From a virus (lineage: Duplodnaviria > Caudoviricetes): DNA of 40,610 nucleotides. The notes beneath the pieces are model-generated. The model saw only the letters and a list, made by a program, of their open reading frames with translations, made no database searches and had not been told where the DNA came from. The stretch is taken from the IMG/VR virus record IMGVR_UViG_3300046785_000038, positions 1-40,610 of that record. One strand, given 5' to 3'. Below, in pieces: positions 1 through 9,633 of the stretch. The translations under genes were made by a program, and so were the position numbers. Every line of letters begins with the position of its first letter. Position 1 is the stretch's first letter.

Positions 1-552
1 AAAGAAACCGCCACTTTTACTGAGGCTCTTATGTCTCCTGAAGAATTATCCATTTTAGATAAAGCAGCCCGTAACCGTTTAGGTAAAGGAATAGAAAGTA
101 TAAATCAAAGAGAATGGTATGGTGATGAAGAACTTCGCAATATAGACGAAACTACTAGATTTGAAAATACCCTTGGATCGGTAGACATTGTTGGAGAAGA
201 TGCTGACAACACCTATTATGAGGATATATATGATTTTCACTATCCTAGTCTTAAAGAAATGGGCGGAATATCGGGTTTATTGAACCGAAACAAAAATTAT
301 CATCTTGACGTATTCTTACGACAGCTGAAACGCTCCCCTCTTTATCCAAATCCTACATCATTGGGAGCAGCACTTGCCCCGCTGTTGTCGTACACTGAAT
401 CAGACACTCGTGCCCCCCGCGTAAGAATTGCTGTACCCAAATCTGCTCCGGGAGTAGTCTACAGCAAGAATCCAGATAAAGATTTGAAGAAATACAGGTC
501 TGGTGGTAGCATCGAGCGTAATCCTTACAACTATGAACCGAAGGCAATCTGA
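1..552 (+). CDS. hypothetical phage protein, 5'-truncated by window edge
   Basis: Frame is open from base 1. TGA overlaps the portal ATG (TGATG). Visibly AT-rich. C-terminus is KKYRSGGSIERNPYNYEPKAI. Confidence 0.6.
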   Translation, partial: KETATFTEALMSPEELSILDKAARNRLGKGIESINQREWYGDEELRNIDETTRFENTLGSVDIVGEDADNTYYEDIYDFHYPSLKEMGGISGLLNRNKNYHLDVFLRQLKRSPLYPNPTSLGAALAPLLSYTESDTRAPRVRIAVPKSAPGVVYSKNPDKDLKKYRSGGSIERNPYNYEPKAI

Positions 553-2978
553 TGTCACTCGTTGAAAACTATGGCCCAATGCTTCCTCCGGGTCTTGAAG
601 TCGAAATGGAAGAAGGCCTCCAAGGCCCCGAGTTCGAGATGGAGATGGACGACATCCTCGTGGAGGGTATGTCGCCCGACGACATGGCATTCATGGCAGC
701 AATGCAGGAAGAAGTTGCAGTCGAAATAGAAATCCCTCACTTCGCCAACCTTGCTGAGTACCTCGGTGATGAAGAGTTGTCGGACATTGCCGAGCGTGTC
801 ATCGAAGGATTTGATGCCGACAAGGACAGCCGCTCCGAATGGGACGAGACACTGACCCGTGGCCTCGACCTGCTCGGCCTGAAGTTCGAGGAGACCGGTA
901 CAGCATTCGACGGATCGTGTGCAGCAACACACCCGCTGATCATCGAGTCGGCAGTCAAGTTCCAGTCCAAGGCCAGTCAGGAGATTCTTCCCGCCAACGG
1001 TCCTGTCCGCACACAGATAATCGGTGATCCCGACAGTCAGATCGTCCAGCAGTCCAACCGTGTCCGCCGGTTCATGAACTATGAACTGACAGAGATGATG
1101 CCCGAGTACTTCGACGAGATGGAGCGTATGCTCTTCCATCTCCCGATTGTCGGTTCTGCAATCGTCAAGATGTACTACGACGGCGGTCTGGAACGACCGA
1201 CTGCCGAACACATCCCGATTGATCAGTTCTATGTCAACTACTCGGCAACTGACCTGCGTCGTGCCGACCGATACACCCACATCATCTACAAGTCGCCGGT
1301 CGATCTCCGCCGCGACATCGCAGCAGGAATGTATCGTGATATCGAAGACCTGTCAGACAGCCCGGACAGCGGCAGATCAGACAATGAGATTTCGTCCAAG
1401 ATTGATGAAATCATGGGACTCAGCGGTAACAACTCCGAAGACCCGGAGTACACACTCCTCGAACAGCATGTCTTCCTCGAACTCGAAGACGACGACATGC
1501 CGTATCCCTACATCGTGACGGTCGAGGAGTCCTCGCGACAGGTTCTGTCTCTCCGTCGCAACTATCGTGAAGATGATCCCCGCGCCGAGAAGATGATTCA
1601 CTTCACCCACTATCGGTTTGTCCCCGGCTTCGGTTTCTACGGCCTCGGCCTGATCCACCTGATCGGCAACCTGACCATGACGGCAACGTCAGCCATGAGG
1701 GCACTGGTCGATGCCGGTCAGTTCGCCAACCTCCCCGGCGGCTTCAAGGCAAAGGGTGTCCGTGTTGTCGGTGATAACGACCCGATCAGCCCCGGTGAGT
1801 TCAAAGAAGTAGAGGCACTCGGTATGGACCTGAACAAGGCCATCGTCAATCTGCCGTACAAAGAACCTTCCAACACACTCTTCCAGCTGCTCGGCTTTGT
1901 CTCCGGGGCAGCAGAAAAGTTTGCCGATCAGACCGATCAGGTCGTCAACGATTCCTCCGGATACGGTCCTGTCGGGACAACCATGGCCCTGATCGAGGCA
2001 TCTGCCAAGTTCTTCTCGGCAGTTCACAAGCGTCTCCACCACGCCCAGCGTCAGCAGTTCAAGATTCTGGCCCAGATCAATGAGACGTTTGTCCCGGTGA
2101 ACGGATACCCGTACGCCACTCCGGAGGGCGATATGACCATCTTCCAGCAGGATTTTGATGGTCGTGTGGACGTTCTTCCCGTCTCGGACCCCAACATCCC
2201 GAGTCGTGCCCACCGCCTGTCCTTGGCAAGTCTGGCCCTCCAGTTGGCAGCACAGACACCGCCGGGGACGTTCAACAACACTGAACTGATCCGTCAGGTT
2301 CTTGAGGCAGCAGACTTCCCGAACATTGATCAGGTAATTCCGAAGAAGCAAGAAGCCCAACCGGCAGACCCGGTGACCGACATTATGAATGCCACGAAGG
2401 GAATGCCAATTGCTGCCTTTCCCGGTCAGGACCACGAGGCACACATTGCCGTCAAGACGAACTTCCTGTCCGACCCGACTTCTGGTGCGTCAGCAGCCTT
2501 CAAACAGTTTGCCCCGATCATCGCCGCCAACATTCGTGAACACACGATGCTCCGGTACAAGACACAGATCGAGGGTGTTGTCGCCCAGACGGTACCGCCC
2601 GAGCAGTATCAGATGGCGGTACAGCAGGGAATGCAGGACCAGATTATTGCAGAGGCTGCTGCACGAGTCGCTACTGCAAACCAGCAGATTGCCAGTGCGG
2701 GTAGCCCAGAGGAACGTCTGGTACAGATTGATCAGGAACGTCTCCGTCTCGATCAGGAGAAACTCCAGCTAGATGCCATCAAGGACGCTGCCAAGATTGC
2801 AACGACAAATCGTCAGCTAGACCTTCGCGAAGACCAGCAGCGTATGACTGCGCTGAAAGACGGCATTAAGATCATGTCCGACAAAGAGGAGGCAGAACTT
2901 GACCGTGAAGAAAGTCGTCGTGAGATGCTTATTGATCTTCTTGCTGATGTTGCCAAGTCAGAGGCCGCTGGTGGCTGA
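552..2978 (+). CDS. portal protein (podovirus/P22-like)
   Basis: 808 aa. Motifs DKDSRSEW, HPLIIESAVKFQ, GPVRTQIIG, PGFGFYGLGLIH, LPYKEPS and a C-terminal coiled coil are typical of this phage portal family. First gene of the head module. Confidence 0.88.
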   Translation: MSLVENYGPMLPPGLEVEMEEGLQGPEFEMEMDDILVEGMSPDDMAFMAAMQEEVAVEIEIPHFANLAEYLGDEELSDIAERVIEGFDADKDSRSEWDETLTRGLDLLGLKFEETGTAFDGSCAATHPLIIESAVKFQSKASQEILPANGPVRTQIIGDPDSQIVQQSNRVRRFMNYELTEMMPEYFDEMERMLFHLPIVGSAIVKMYYDGGLERPTAEHIPIDQFYVNYSATDLRRADRYTHIIYKSPVDLRRDIAAGMYRDIEDLSDSPDSGRSDNEISSKIDEIMGLSGNNSEDPEYTLLEQHVFLELEDDDMPYPYIVTVEESSRQVLSLRRNYREDDPRAEKMIHFTHYRFVPGFGFYGLGLIHLIGNLTMTATSAMRALVDAGQFANLPGGFKAKGVRVVGDNDPISPGEFKEVEALGMDLNKAIVNLPYKEPSNTLFQLLGFVSGAAEKFADQTDQVVNDSSGYGPVGTTMALIEASAKFFSAVHKRLHHAQRQQFKILAQINETFVPVNGYPYATPEGDMTIFQQDFDGRVDVLPVSDPNIPSRAHRLSLASLALQLAAQTPPGTFNNTELIRQVLEAADFPNIDQVIPKKQEAQPADPVTDIMNATKGMPIAAFPGQDHEAHIAVKTNFLSDPTSGASAAFKQFAPIIAANIREHTMLRYKTQIEGVVAQTVPPEQYQMAVQQGMQDQIIAEAAARVATANQQIASAGSPEERLVQIDQERLRLDQEKLQLDAIKDAAKIATTNRQLDLREDQQRMTALKDGIKIMSDKEEAELDREESRREMLIDLLADVAKSEAAGG

Positions 2979-2979
2979 T

Positions 2980-3729
2980 ATGTCTAACGTAGACTACGAC
3001 TTTATTCGTGAACGAGAAGGGTTTAAAACAATAGGGTATCAACCGACTGATTCGTCAGGCGTTACCATCGGTATGGGGGTTGATCTAAAAAGTAAAAATC
3101 GAAATTACTTTAAAGGATTACCTAAAAAACTTGTCGATAAACTTGCCCCGTATTTTGGGCTGACCGGTTCTAGCGCCGAACAAGCTGCCTCAAATCTAGT
3201 TCTGGAAGAAGACGAAGCTAAACAAGTCAGCGAATATGTTAAAGCAAAAGAGCTTAATACACTTAAAACAAAATTCAAAAAAGAATCAGGCGTTGATTTT
3301 GACAATCTTCCAACAGAGATAGCCACCCCTATTGCTTCTGTAGCTTTTCAATACGGCATGGGAAATCCAAAAGAACGATTCCCAAATTTTTGGAAAGCAG
3401 CAACGGCGATAGATACCGAAGCTATGGAACAAGAACTCCGTGATTTTGGAGATGACTACGGACCACGGCGTAAACTAGAAGCTGACTATTTAACACAGCC
3501 CTTAATTGGCGGAGAATCTGTTGATCTTATATCTCCTCCAAGACGTCCTCAGTTAGCATCCGATATAGTTGAAGCCGCAGCAGTACCTGCTGAATCAGGC
3601 GGCATCAGCGATCTTGTCTCTCAAGTAGGCAGCAGCCTCAATTTTGATCGTGGCTCTCCACGTAGTACACTTTCAGAGCAGGAAGAGGCTCGGTTTGATC
3701 TTCTACTTCAAAATTTAACAGGAAAGTAA
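2980..3729 (+). CDS. pesticin-C-terminus-like (T4 lysozyme fold) muramidase
   Basis: FIREREG...SSGVTIGMGVDL catalytic E/T/D pattern, plus SVAFQYG, PNFW and RRKLEADYL. Start placed at ATG 2980, just after the portal stop. Confidence 0.8.
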   Translation: MSNVDYDFIREREGFKTIGYQPTDSSGVTIGMGVDLKSKNRNYFKGLPKKLVDKLAPYFGLTGSSAEQAASNLVLEEDEAKQVSEYVKAKELNTLKTKFKKESGVDFDNLPTEIATPIASVAFQYGMGNPKERFPNFWKAATAIDTEAMEQELRDFGDDYGPRRKLEADYLTQPLIGGESVDLISPPRRPQLASDIVEAAAVPAESGGISDLVSQVGSSLNFDRGSPRSTLSEQEEARFDLLLQNLTGK

Positions 3730-3731
3730 TC

Positions 3732-4907
3732 ATGGCAATCCAAGACGATATTATGGCAATGCTGTCTCAGGTCAGCGATGCAGGTGACCGGGCGACAGAC
3801 CGTGGCCGCACGGGAGCAGAAATGTACAGCCAGATAGCTGATCTTCTGTCAGGCGACAATCGGTCCAAGGCAATGCGAGAAATTGCAATGCTCTCAGACA
3901 ATCCTGAGAGGAGCATTGAAGAGCAGATGAGCTTCGATCCTCTTACCGGAAGTCGCGTTGCGGACATCATCGAGAAGTATATGGTCGATGCCGGAGACGG
4001 TTCTGGTCTTCTTGTCGGAGAACCTGACGTTGAAACTGATCCTATGATGGAACTTGTTACCGGAATGGGAACACCCGCGCCTCGAACTCCTGTCAGTGTT
4101 GAAAAACTTCCAGCAGCTGCTCCTCGAACTCCTGTCAGTGTGGAAGAACTATCCCCGATGCCGCGTCCTGCTCTTGATGCCTCCGCCATGGATTCACTGG
4201 AACGGGAAATACGTACACAAGACGAAGGTCTTGCTGGTCTAATGGCAGGACAGATGGCACCAATTCGTTCGTCTGATATTGAACCCATGGCTGAGTACCG
4301 TCCCGGAATGGCGCGGTTCATGACAGTAACAGATGAAATGAATCGCAGTCCATCTACCCGGCGTCCAGAAGGAATGACGGAGAAACAAAACGAGGCCTTT
4401 ACCCGAATGATGAAGGCTCAGATGGGTAATGAACTATTTCCGCGGACAGGAGAGTCTCCTGAAGAAACTTTCCGCATGTTTATGGAAAATGATATAGACG
4501 CGCTTGACGCAGTATTTGATCGACAGGGTGGTCCAAGCGGACGAGAAAGGATAAGGCGTGGACGTATGGTTGAAGGCGGCAGAAATGAAGAACTTGCTCT
4601 TGAAATTGGTTCTTCGCTAGGAATTGGGACTGCTATTCGTTCCCTAATTGCAGCTAGAAAACTACCAGACGCAATGCGTTTAATTCGTCGAACCATGGCA
4701 CGTCGCAATGCTGCAAGACAGCCATATACTGCTGAAGGTCAGGGACTTCCGGTTAGTCAAGGCGGTAAACCACCTGCTCGTATTAATCGAAATCCTCTTC
4801 AGGAAAAACTGTATCAGCAGATGCAAAATCCCGGCGGACCTACAGGTGGTCTGGCACGTGGCGGTTCTGTCCGCGACAACATTCTTAAAACCTACGGTGG
4901 CATGTAA
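3732..4907 (+). CDS. hypothetical protein, possibly virion-internal
   Basis: 391 aa, Met/Pro/Glu/Arg-rich and low complexity. Ends GGLARGGSVRDNILKTYGGM. TAATG coupling to the next gene. Confidence 0.65.
   Translation: MAIQDDIMAMLSQVSDAGDRATDRGRTGAEMYSQIADLLSGDNRSKAMREIAMLSDNPERSIEEQMSFDPLTGSRVADIIEKYMVDAGDGSGLLVGEPDVETDPMMELVTGMGTPAPRTPVSVEKLPAAAPRTPVSVEELSPMPRPALDASAMDSLEREIRTQDEGLAGLMAGQMAPIRSSDIEPMAEYRPGMARFMTVTDEMNRSPSTRRPEGMTEKQNEAFTRMMKAQMGNELFPRTGESPEETFRMFMENDIDALDAVFDRQGGPSGRERIRRGRMVEGGRNEELALEIGSSLGIGTAIRSLIAARKLPDAMRLIRRTMARRNAARQPYTAEGQGLPVSQGGKPPARINRNPLQEKLYQQMQNPGGPTGGLARGGSVRDNILKTYGGM
4080..4141 (+). repeat. short in-frame direct repeat, 42 nt spacing
   Basis: cctcgaactcctgtcagtgt at 4080 and 4122, encoding APRTPVSVE twice. 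Confidence 0.8.
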
Positions 4908-5116
4908 TGGCTGACACCAAGTTCGGTAAAGTAATGAAGGAATTTTATTCCGGTGATCTTAAATCTGGTTCCGGTAAGAAAGTAACGAATCCTGAACAGG
5001 CCAAGGCCATTGCAGCAGCAGAATCTAACGCTGTCAAAATGGCCGCTGGTGGTGCAGTATGTCGTCCAACCGGTCAAGGTTTCCGGTCATCTCGCAAACC
5101 AGAAGGAATAGCATAA
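4907..5116 (+). CDS. small basic protein (DUF6496-like)
   Basis: KFGKVMKEFYSGDLKSGSGKKVTNPEQAKAIA resembles the common 'KVMHEFKxGxLKSGxGxKVTxRKQAIAIA' family. Confidence 0.7.
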   Translation: MADTKFGKVMKEFYSGDLKSGSGKKVTNPEQAKAIAAAESNAVKMAAGGAVCRPTGQGFRSSRKPEGIA

Positions 5117-5247
5117 TGGCAAAAGGCAAAGGTAAATCTTACGGCGACACCGCCAAGATTCCGCAGAACGACTTCAGTGTCCGTGCGGAACGTGAAGTTC
5201 TTCGGAACTCCGACAAGTCTACTTACCAGATTAAGAAAGGTAAGTAG
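5116..5247 (+). CDS. 43-aa basic hypothetical protein
   Basis: ATG overlaps the upstream TAA (TAATG). MAKGKGKSYGD...QIKKGK. Confidence 0.55.
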   Translation: MAKGKGKSYGDTAKIPQNDFSVRAEREVLRNSDKSTYQIKKGK

Positions 5248-5282
5248 TTACCCCCTCGTCTTCCCCACGTAACGGAGAACCC

Positions 5283-5471
5283 ATGTACTTTGAAGACATC
5301 AAGAAACAAATAGAAGCCCAGATCGTGGAGTACGAAAAACTCCTTGGGTCTAATGGCGCAGAGGACTATTCTTCCTATCGTCAATACGTCGGCACCATCT
5401 CAGGTTTGAAATGGTGTCGGGATTTGGTCGCACAAATCCAGAAACGTACAGCGGAAGGAGAAGACGACTAA
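5283..5471 (+). CDS. small conserved protein preceding phage GroES
   Basis: GGAG SD. Motif GAEDYSSYRQYVGTISGL is typical of the gene before GroES in such phages. Confidence 0.75.
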   Translation: MYFEDIKKQIEAQIVEYEKLLGSNGAEDYSSYRQYVGTISGLKWCRDLVAQIQKRTAEGEDD

Positions 5472-5890
5472 TGGTCATGGAACCAAAGATGGCAGGTGCC
5501 ATCAGTAATGCCGACTGGGCACAGGACGAAGACATTGCGGACCCGTCCCCGCTCCCCACAATCCCCGGATACCGACTCCTCATCAGGCCTCTGAAAGTTC
5601 AGGGCAAGACGAAGGGTTCTATCCTACTCCCCGATTCTTTCAAGGACGACATCAACTACCTGACCACCGTTGGCCGTGTACTGGCTGTCGGTGATCTTGC
5701 CTACAAGGACGACGAAAAGTTCCCGCTCGGCCCGTGGTGTCAGGTAGGAGACATTGTCTGCTACGGAAAGATGAACGGGAACAAACTTCGATATAAGGGC
5801 GTAAACCTTATTATGCTTTATGATGACCAGATCATCATGAAGATTGAAGACCCCTCGGACGTTGATCCGATGTTTAACATCGCCTCATAG
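5471..5890 (+). CDS. groES: GroES/Cpn10-like co-chaperonin
   Basis: PGYRLLIRP...KTKGSILLP...GRVLAVGD...VGDIVCYG...LYDDQII matches the Cpn10 pattern. TAATG-coupled start. Confidence 0.88.
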   Translation: MVMEPKMAGAISNADWAQDEDIADPSPLPTIPGYRLLIRPLKVQGKTKGSILLPDSFKDDINYLTTVGRVLAVGDLAYKDDEKFPLGPWCQVGDIVCYGKMNGNKLRYKGVNLIMLYDDQIIMKIEDPSDVDPMFNIAS

Positions 5891-5914
5891 GCGTAAACTA
5901 TGGAGGAATCGGTC

Positions 5915-6934
5915 ATGGCCGATGATGACTGGAATGAAGTTGATGTTGAAGCTGCACGAGACAGCGACGACAAAGTAGAGTATGAAGTTGAAGAGGAGGT
6001 TACAGAAGAAAAAGCTGAACCTGTACAGGCTGTCGATGAGTCTGAAGATACAGACGAGGCTGTCGTCGAGGTGGATGAGTCAGCCCCCGATCCTGATCCT
6101 GTCGAATCTGCTCCGGAACTTGAAGGTGTTGACACCGACGGGGCACAGAAACGAATCCGACAGTTAGTCCGACAGCGGAAAGAACGCGAAGAGCAGATCA
6201 TTGCCCAGCAGCAGGAACTGGCCGCACTACAGGCCCAGCTGCAAAACACGGAGCAGAAGAATGCTGAAGTCTTTAAGAAAAACTATGACGTCACTGAACG
6301 ACAGCTTCAGGAAAAAGCTGAAATGGCTCGTCAGGCATATCTTCGGGCTTATGACGACGGCGACAAAGAAGCTATGTTGGCCGCTCAAGAAGCTATGTTT
6401 GATGCTAAACAAAACATTGGTTTGGTCAAACAGGGTCGTCAAGATGTTGAAAAATACTCGACCGACCTTGTAAAACAGGCCGAGGCCTATAATAATCAAG
6501 TAGCGGCACAGCAGCAGCAACCGGCATACGATCCGAAAGCTGTTGAGTGGGCTGAACAGAATACGTGGTTCGGTCAGGATCAGGTAGCAACAGCAGCGGC
6601 TCTTGCCATTGACGCCAACCTCAAGAACGAGGGCTACGATCCGACATCGGACGATTTCTATAAGGAAGTTGATAAGCGACTACGTGCTGAACTTCCTAAC
6701 AAGTTCGGGGCTGCTCCTGCCTCGTCACCCAAGGAGCAAGTGGTAGGGGGACAGTCGCGTAAGTCTCCCGATTCTACCGGCGGCAAGAAAGGTAATCGTA
6801 AGGTCAAGCTGACCCGTGACGATATCGAACTTGCCAAGAAGTGGAACATCCCACTTGAGCGGTACGCCAAAGAAAAGGCGAAGGCCGAAAAAGCGACGGC
6901 GGTGGGCGACTATACGTCCATCAATGTCGGTTAA
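5915..6934 (+). CDS. probable capsid scaffolding protein
   Basis: GGAGG SD. Acidic N-terminus, long coiled coil, DPKAVEWAEQNTWFG, and C-terminal KVKLTRDDIELAKKWNIPLERYAK. Lies upstream of the MCP. Confidence 0.7.
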   Translation: MADDDWNEVDVEAARDSDDKVEYEVEEEVTEEKAEPVQAVDESEDTDEAVVEVDESAPDPDPVESAPELEGVDTDGAQKRIRQLVRQRKEREEQIIAQQQELAALQAQLQNTEQKNAEVFKKNYDVTERQLQEKAEMARQAYLRAYDDGDKEAMLAAQEAMFDAKQNIGLVKQGRQDVEKYSTDLVKQAEAYNNQVAAQQQQPAYDPKAVEWAEQNTWFGQDQVATAAALAIDANLKNEGYDPTSDDFYKEVDKRLRAELPNKFGAAPASSPKEQVVGGQSRKSPDSTGGKKGNRKVKLTRDDIELAKKWNIPLERYAKEKAKAEKATAVGDYTSINVG

Positions 6935-6950
6935 CGCGGAGGACGAAAAC

Positions 6951-7445
6951 ATGAGTGAAAGTAAAACACGTACGAGTCGAGTTGATGGTGGTCGTAAGAC
7001 CGAAGAACGATTTGATGATGAGTTCACCGAACCTAATTGGTTGTCAATTCCCGATTCTGTAATTGACCGGTTCAAAGATCAAGGCCTAGTACTTCGCTGG
7101 GTCCGTATTATGATCAACGGACAGGACGACTATAAGAACGTAGGCGACCGACAGAATGATGGGTGGTCCTTTGTCGAACCGAATGATGTACCAGAAATGA
7201 TGGCTAATTCTCGTGTCGTGGACGAGGGCCGATTTGAAGGTTGCATTGTCCGTGGTGACGTTGCTCTCGCAAAGGCTTCTGCAAAGCGTATGCAAAGCAG
7301 ACAGGAGTTCTACGAGAACCGATCCCGGACAATGATGGATAACGTCAATGCTCAGTTGATGCGTCAGTCAAACTCAGCAATGCCGATCCATAACACCTCC
7401 AAGTCATCTGTAACTAAGGGAAGGACGCCTTCCTTTAACGACTAA
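6951..7445 (+). CDS. conserved head-module protein
   Basis: GGAGG SD. LRWVRI...GQDDYKNV...GWSFV...GDVALAK...RQEFYENRS, typical of the gene between scaffold and decoration/MCP. Confidence 0.75.
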   Translation: MSESKTRTSRVDGGRKTEERFDDEFTEPNWLSIPDSVIDRFKDQGLVLRWVRIMINGQDDYKNVGDRQNDGWSFVEPNDVPEMMANSRVVDEGRFEGCIVRGDVALAKASAKRMQSRQEFYENRSRTMMDNVNAQLMRQSNSAMPIHNTSKSSVTKGRTPSFND

Positions 7446-7456
7446 GGAGTAACATT

Positions 7457-8035
7457 ATGGCTTTGTCGAAAGCACTTAATGGCTTCGTCCCCTCGCGTCG
7501 TCGTGGTTCTGGTGCAAACAGCACCGGCACCAGCCGTTATCGTGTTGCCAACGCCTTTGGCAGCAGCATTTTCTACGGTGACCTCGTTAAGTTGGACGGT
7601 GGCTTTATTGAACCGATCACCTCTGCTGGTAGCTACAGCACGGGTGCCTTTCAGGGTTGTGAGTACATCGACCCTGTCTCGAAGCAGCCCACCTTCTCGA
7701 ACTTTTTTCCGAGTGGTGTCTCTTCGGCTGTTGGTAACGTGACGGCGTTTGTCGTTGACGATCCGGCAGCTACCTACATTGTTCAGGCCGACGCCTCCGT
7801 GTCCGTTGGCGACATCAACCTGAACTTTGACGTGACGCTTGGTGCGGGTTCTGCCGTGACCGGTATTTCCGGCTTCGGTATTATCGCAACCAGCCGTCAG
7901 CAAACCACTGGTATGGTACGTGTCCTCGACATCTACGACGAGCCGGGTAACGCCTTTTCGGATGCAAATCCGAAGGTTGAAGTCCGTATTGTCCAGCATG
8001 TTGATGCCGACGTTTCATCCCATGATGAAAACTAA
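7457..8035 (+). CDS. probable capsid decoration/minor head protein
   Basis: AAGGAG SD. Beta-rich, with IFYGDLV, GAFQGCEYIDP and FVVDDP motifs. Directly upstream of the MCP. Confidence 0.65.
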   Translation: MALSKALNGFVPSRRRGSGANSTGTSRYRVANAFGSSIFYGDLVKLDGGFIEPITSAGSYSTGAFQGCEYIDPVSKQPTFSNFFPSGVSSAVGNVTAFVVDDPAATYIVQADASVSVGDINLNFDVTLGAGSAVTGISGFGIIATSRQQTTGMVRVLDIYDEPGNAFSDANPKVEVRIVQHVDADVSSHDEN

Positions 8036-8050
8036 GGGGAGTAACTAAAA

Positions 8051-8971
8051 ATGGCTATTAACCGCAGTAATATTGCCAAGGAACTGCTCCCCGGCCTTAA
8101 CGCTGTCTTCGGCGTTGAGTATGGTGACGTAAACGACGAGCATGTTCCTCTGTTCGACGTCGAGAACTCGGACCGCAGCTTTGAAGAGGAAGTTCTCTTC
8201 ACCGGCTTCGGCTCGGCTCCGACCAAGACCGAAGGCTCGGCTGTTCAGTTTGATACTGCACAGGAATCGTACACCGCTCGGTACAACCACGAGACTGTCG
8301 CTCTCGCCTTCTCAGTCACTGAGGAAGCGATGGAAGACAATCTGTATGACACCTTCTCGAAGGTTCGTGCCCGTGGTCTGGCCCGTGCGATGGCGAACAC
8401 CAAGCAGGTGAAAGCTGCCGACATCTTCAACAACGGCTTCGCGGCTGGTGACTATGCCATCGGTGACGGTCAGGCGTTCTTCAGCGCCTCGCACCCCACC
8501 ATCGGTGACGGTAGCCAGTCTAACCTTGCCGCTGCTTCGGACCTGTCCGAGGCTGCTATGGAGACCATTCTTACGAACATCCAGCTTATCAAGGATGATC
8601 GTGGTATTCTGATCGGCGCGGGTGCTGTGTCTCTGCACATCCCCCCGGCCCTCCAGTTCACCGCTGAGAAAATTCTCATGTCTCCGGGTTCGACGAACGG
8701 CACGAATAACTTTGCCAAGAACGACATCAACGCCATTCGTGCGATGGGTGCTGTTCCGGGCGGTTACTTCGTCAACCGTCGTTTCACCGACACGAACGGC
8801 TATTTCGTCAAGACTGATGTGCCGAACGGTGCGAAAATGTTCAACCGTACGCCGCTTCAGACGAAGATGGAAGAAGACTTCGACACGGGTAACCTCCGGT
8901 TCAAGGCTCGGGAGCGTTATAGCTTCGGTGTCTCTGACTGGCGCGGTTACTTCGGCTCGGCAGGTAGCTAA
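8051..8971 (+). CDS. major capsid protein
   Basis: MAINRSNIAKELLPGLNAVFGVEY, SDRSFEEEV, ARYNHETVALAFSVTEEAMEDNLY and DFDTGNLRFKARERYSFGVSDWRG. Strong SD, followed by a terminator. Confidence 0.92.
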   Translation: MAINRSNIAKELLPGLNAVFGVEYGDVNDEHVPLFDVENSDRSFEEEVLFTGFGSAPTKTEGSAVQFDTAQESYTARYNHETVALAFSVTEEAMEDNLYDTFSKVRARGLARAMANTKQVKAADIFNNGFAAGDYAIGDGQAFFSASHPTIGDGSQSNLAAASDLSEAAMETILTNIQLIKDDRGILIGAGAVSLHIPPALQFTAEKILMSPGSTNGTNNFAKNDINAIRAMGAVPGGYFVNRRFTDTNGYFVKTDVPNGAKMFNRTPLQTKMEEDFDTGNLRFKARERYSFGVSDWRGYFGSAGS

Positions 8972-9008
8972 TCGCTGCTTGTTAAGCGGATTTCCGTGTG
9001 TGATAATC

Positions 9009-9040
9009 GGGGGAGTCGGGAGACCGTCTCCCCCTTTTAT
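9009..9040 (+). terminator. Rho-independent terminator after MCP
   Basis: GGGGGAG-t-CGG-gaga-CCG-t-CTCCCCC hairpin (GNRA loop) followed by TTTTATT. Confidence 0.7.
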
Positions 9041-9051
9041 TGGAGAATATA

Positions 9052-9351
9052 ATGGCAACGAATGTTAATTTTGCTTACGCAGCAGCAACGGCAACAGGGG
9101 ACGCGGCTGGTCTTACAAAGCCTCTCCTAAAAGTACAAAACGATGCGGCTTTGGCCGATACTCGCATCCAAGGCGTCCATGCTACCGGAGTTGGTGTCTT
9201 TACTATCAGCGATGAGACAGCGACTAAGATTAAATTTAATAGCGCAGCAGACGCTGAGATTTATATTGCTGATTCTGGGGTACGTTTTGACGGTGCGGTT
9301 ACAGTAGTTATGCCAACCACCGCTTCTACCGTTGCTGTCCAGTACGGCTAA
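9052..9351 (+). CDS. small beta-rich structural protein (putative capsid fibre/decoration)
   Basis: GGAGA SD. 99 aa with a GVRFDG motif. Follows the MCP. Confidence 0.65.
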   Translation: MATNVNFAYAAATATGDAAGLTKPLLKVQNDAALADTRIQGVHATGVGVFTISDETATKIKFNSAADAEIYIADSGVRFDGAVTVVMPTTASTVAVQYG

Positions 9352-9353
9352 TA

Positions 9354-9629
9354 ATGGCTATTGATTATCGCGGCGAGAAGTTTTCGGGGTACAACAAACC
9401 GAAGCGTACGCCGGGACATCCTAAAAAATCTCATGCGGTCCTCGCCAAGGAGGGTAGCAAAGTTAAGCTGATCCGATTCGGACAGCAGGGCGTCAGCGGC
9501 TCACCAAAAAAATCTGGTGAGTCTTCGTCGTATCGTAAGCGGCGTGAATCCTTCAAGGCCAGACATGCCAAGAACATCAAGAAGGGCAAGATGTCGGCAG
9601 CTTACTGGGCTAATCGAGAAAAGTGGTAA
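9354..9629 (+). CDS. small highly basic conserved viral protein
   Basis: KVKLIRFGQQG...RRESFKARH...SAAYWANREKW, a motif set widespread in phages. Confidence 0.75.
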   Translation: MAIDYRGEKFSGYNKPKRTPGHPKKSHAVLAKEGSKVKLIRFGQQGVSGSPKKSGESSSYRKRRESFKARHAKNIKKGKMSAAYWANREKW

Positions 9630-9633
9630 CTCC

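Noticed and set aside
555-2444. Long antisense ORFs over the portal (also over MCP and RNR)
   Set aside because: Shadow ORFs caused by codon bias of the real genes.
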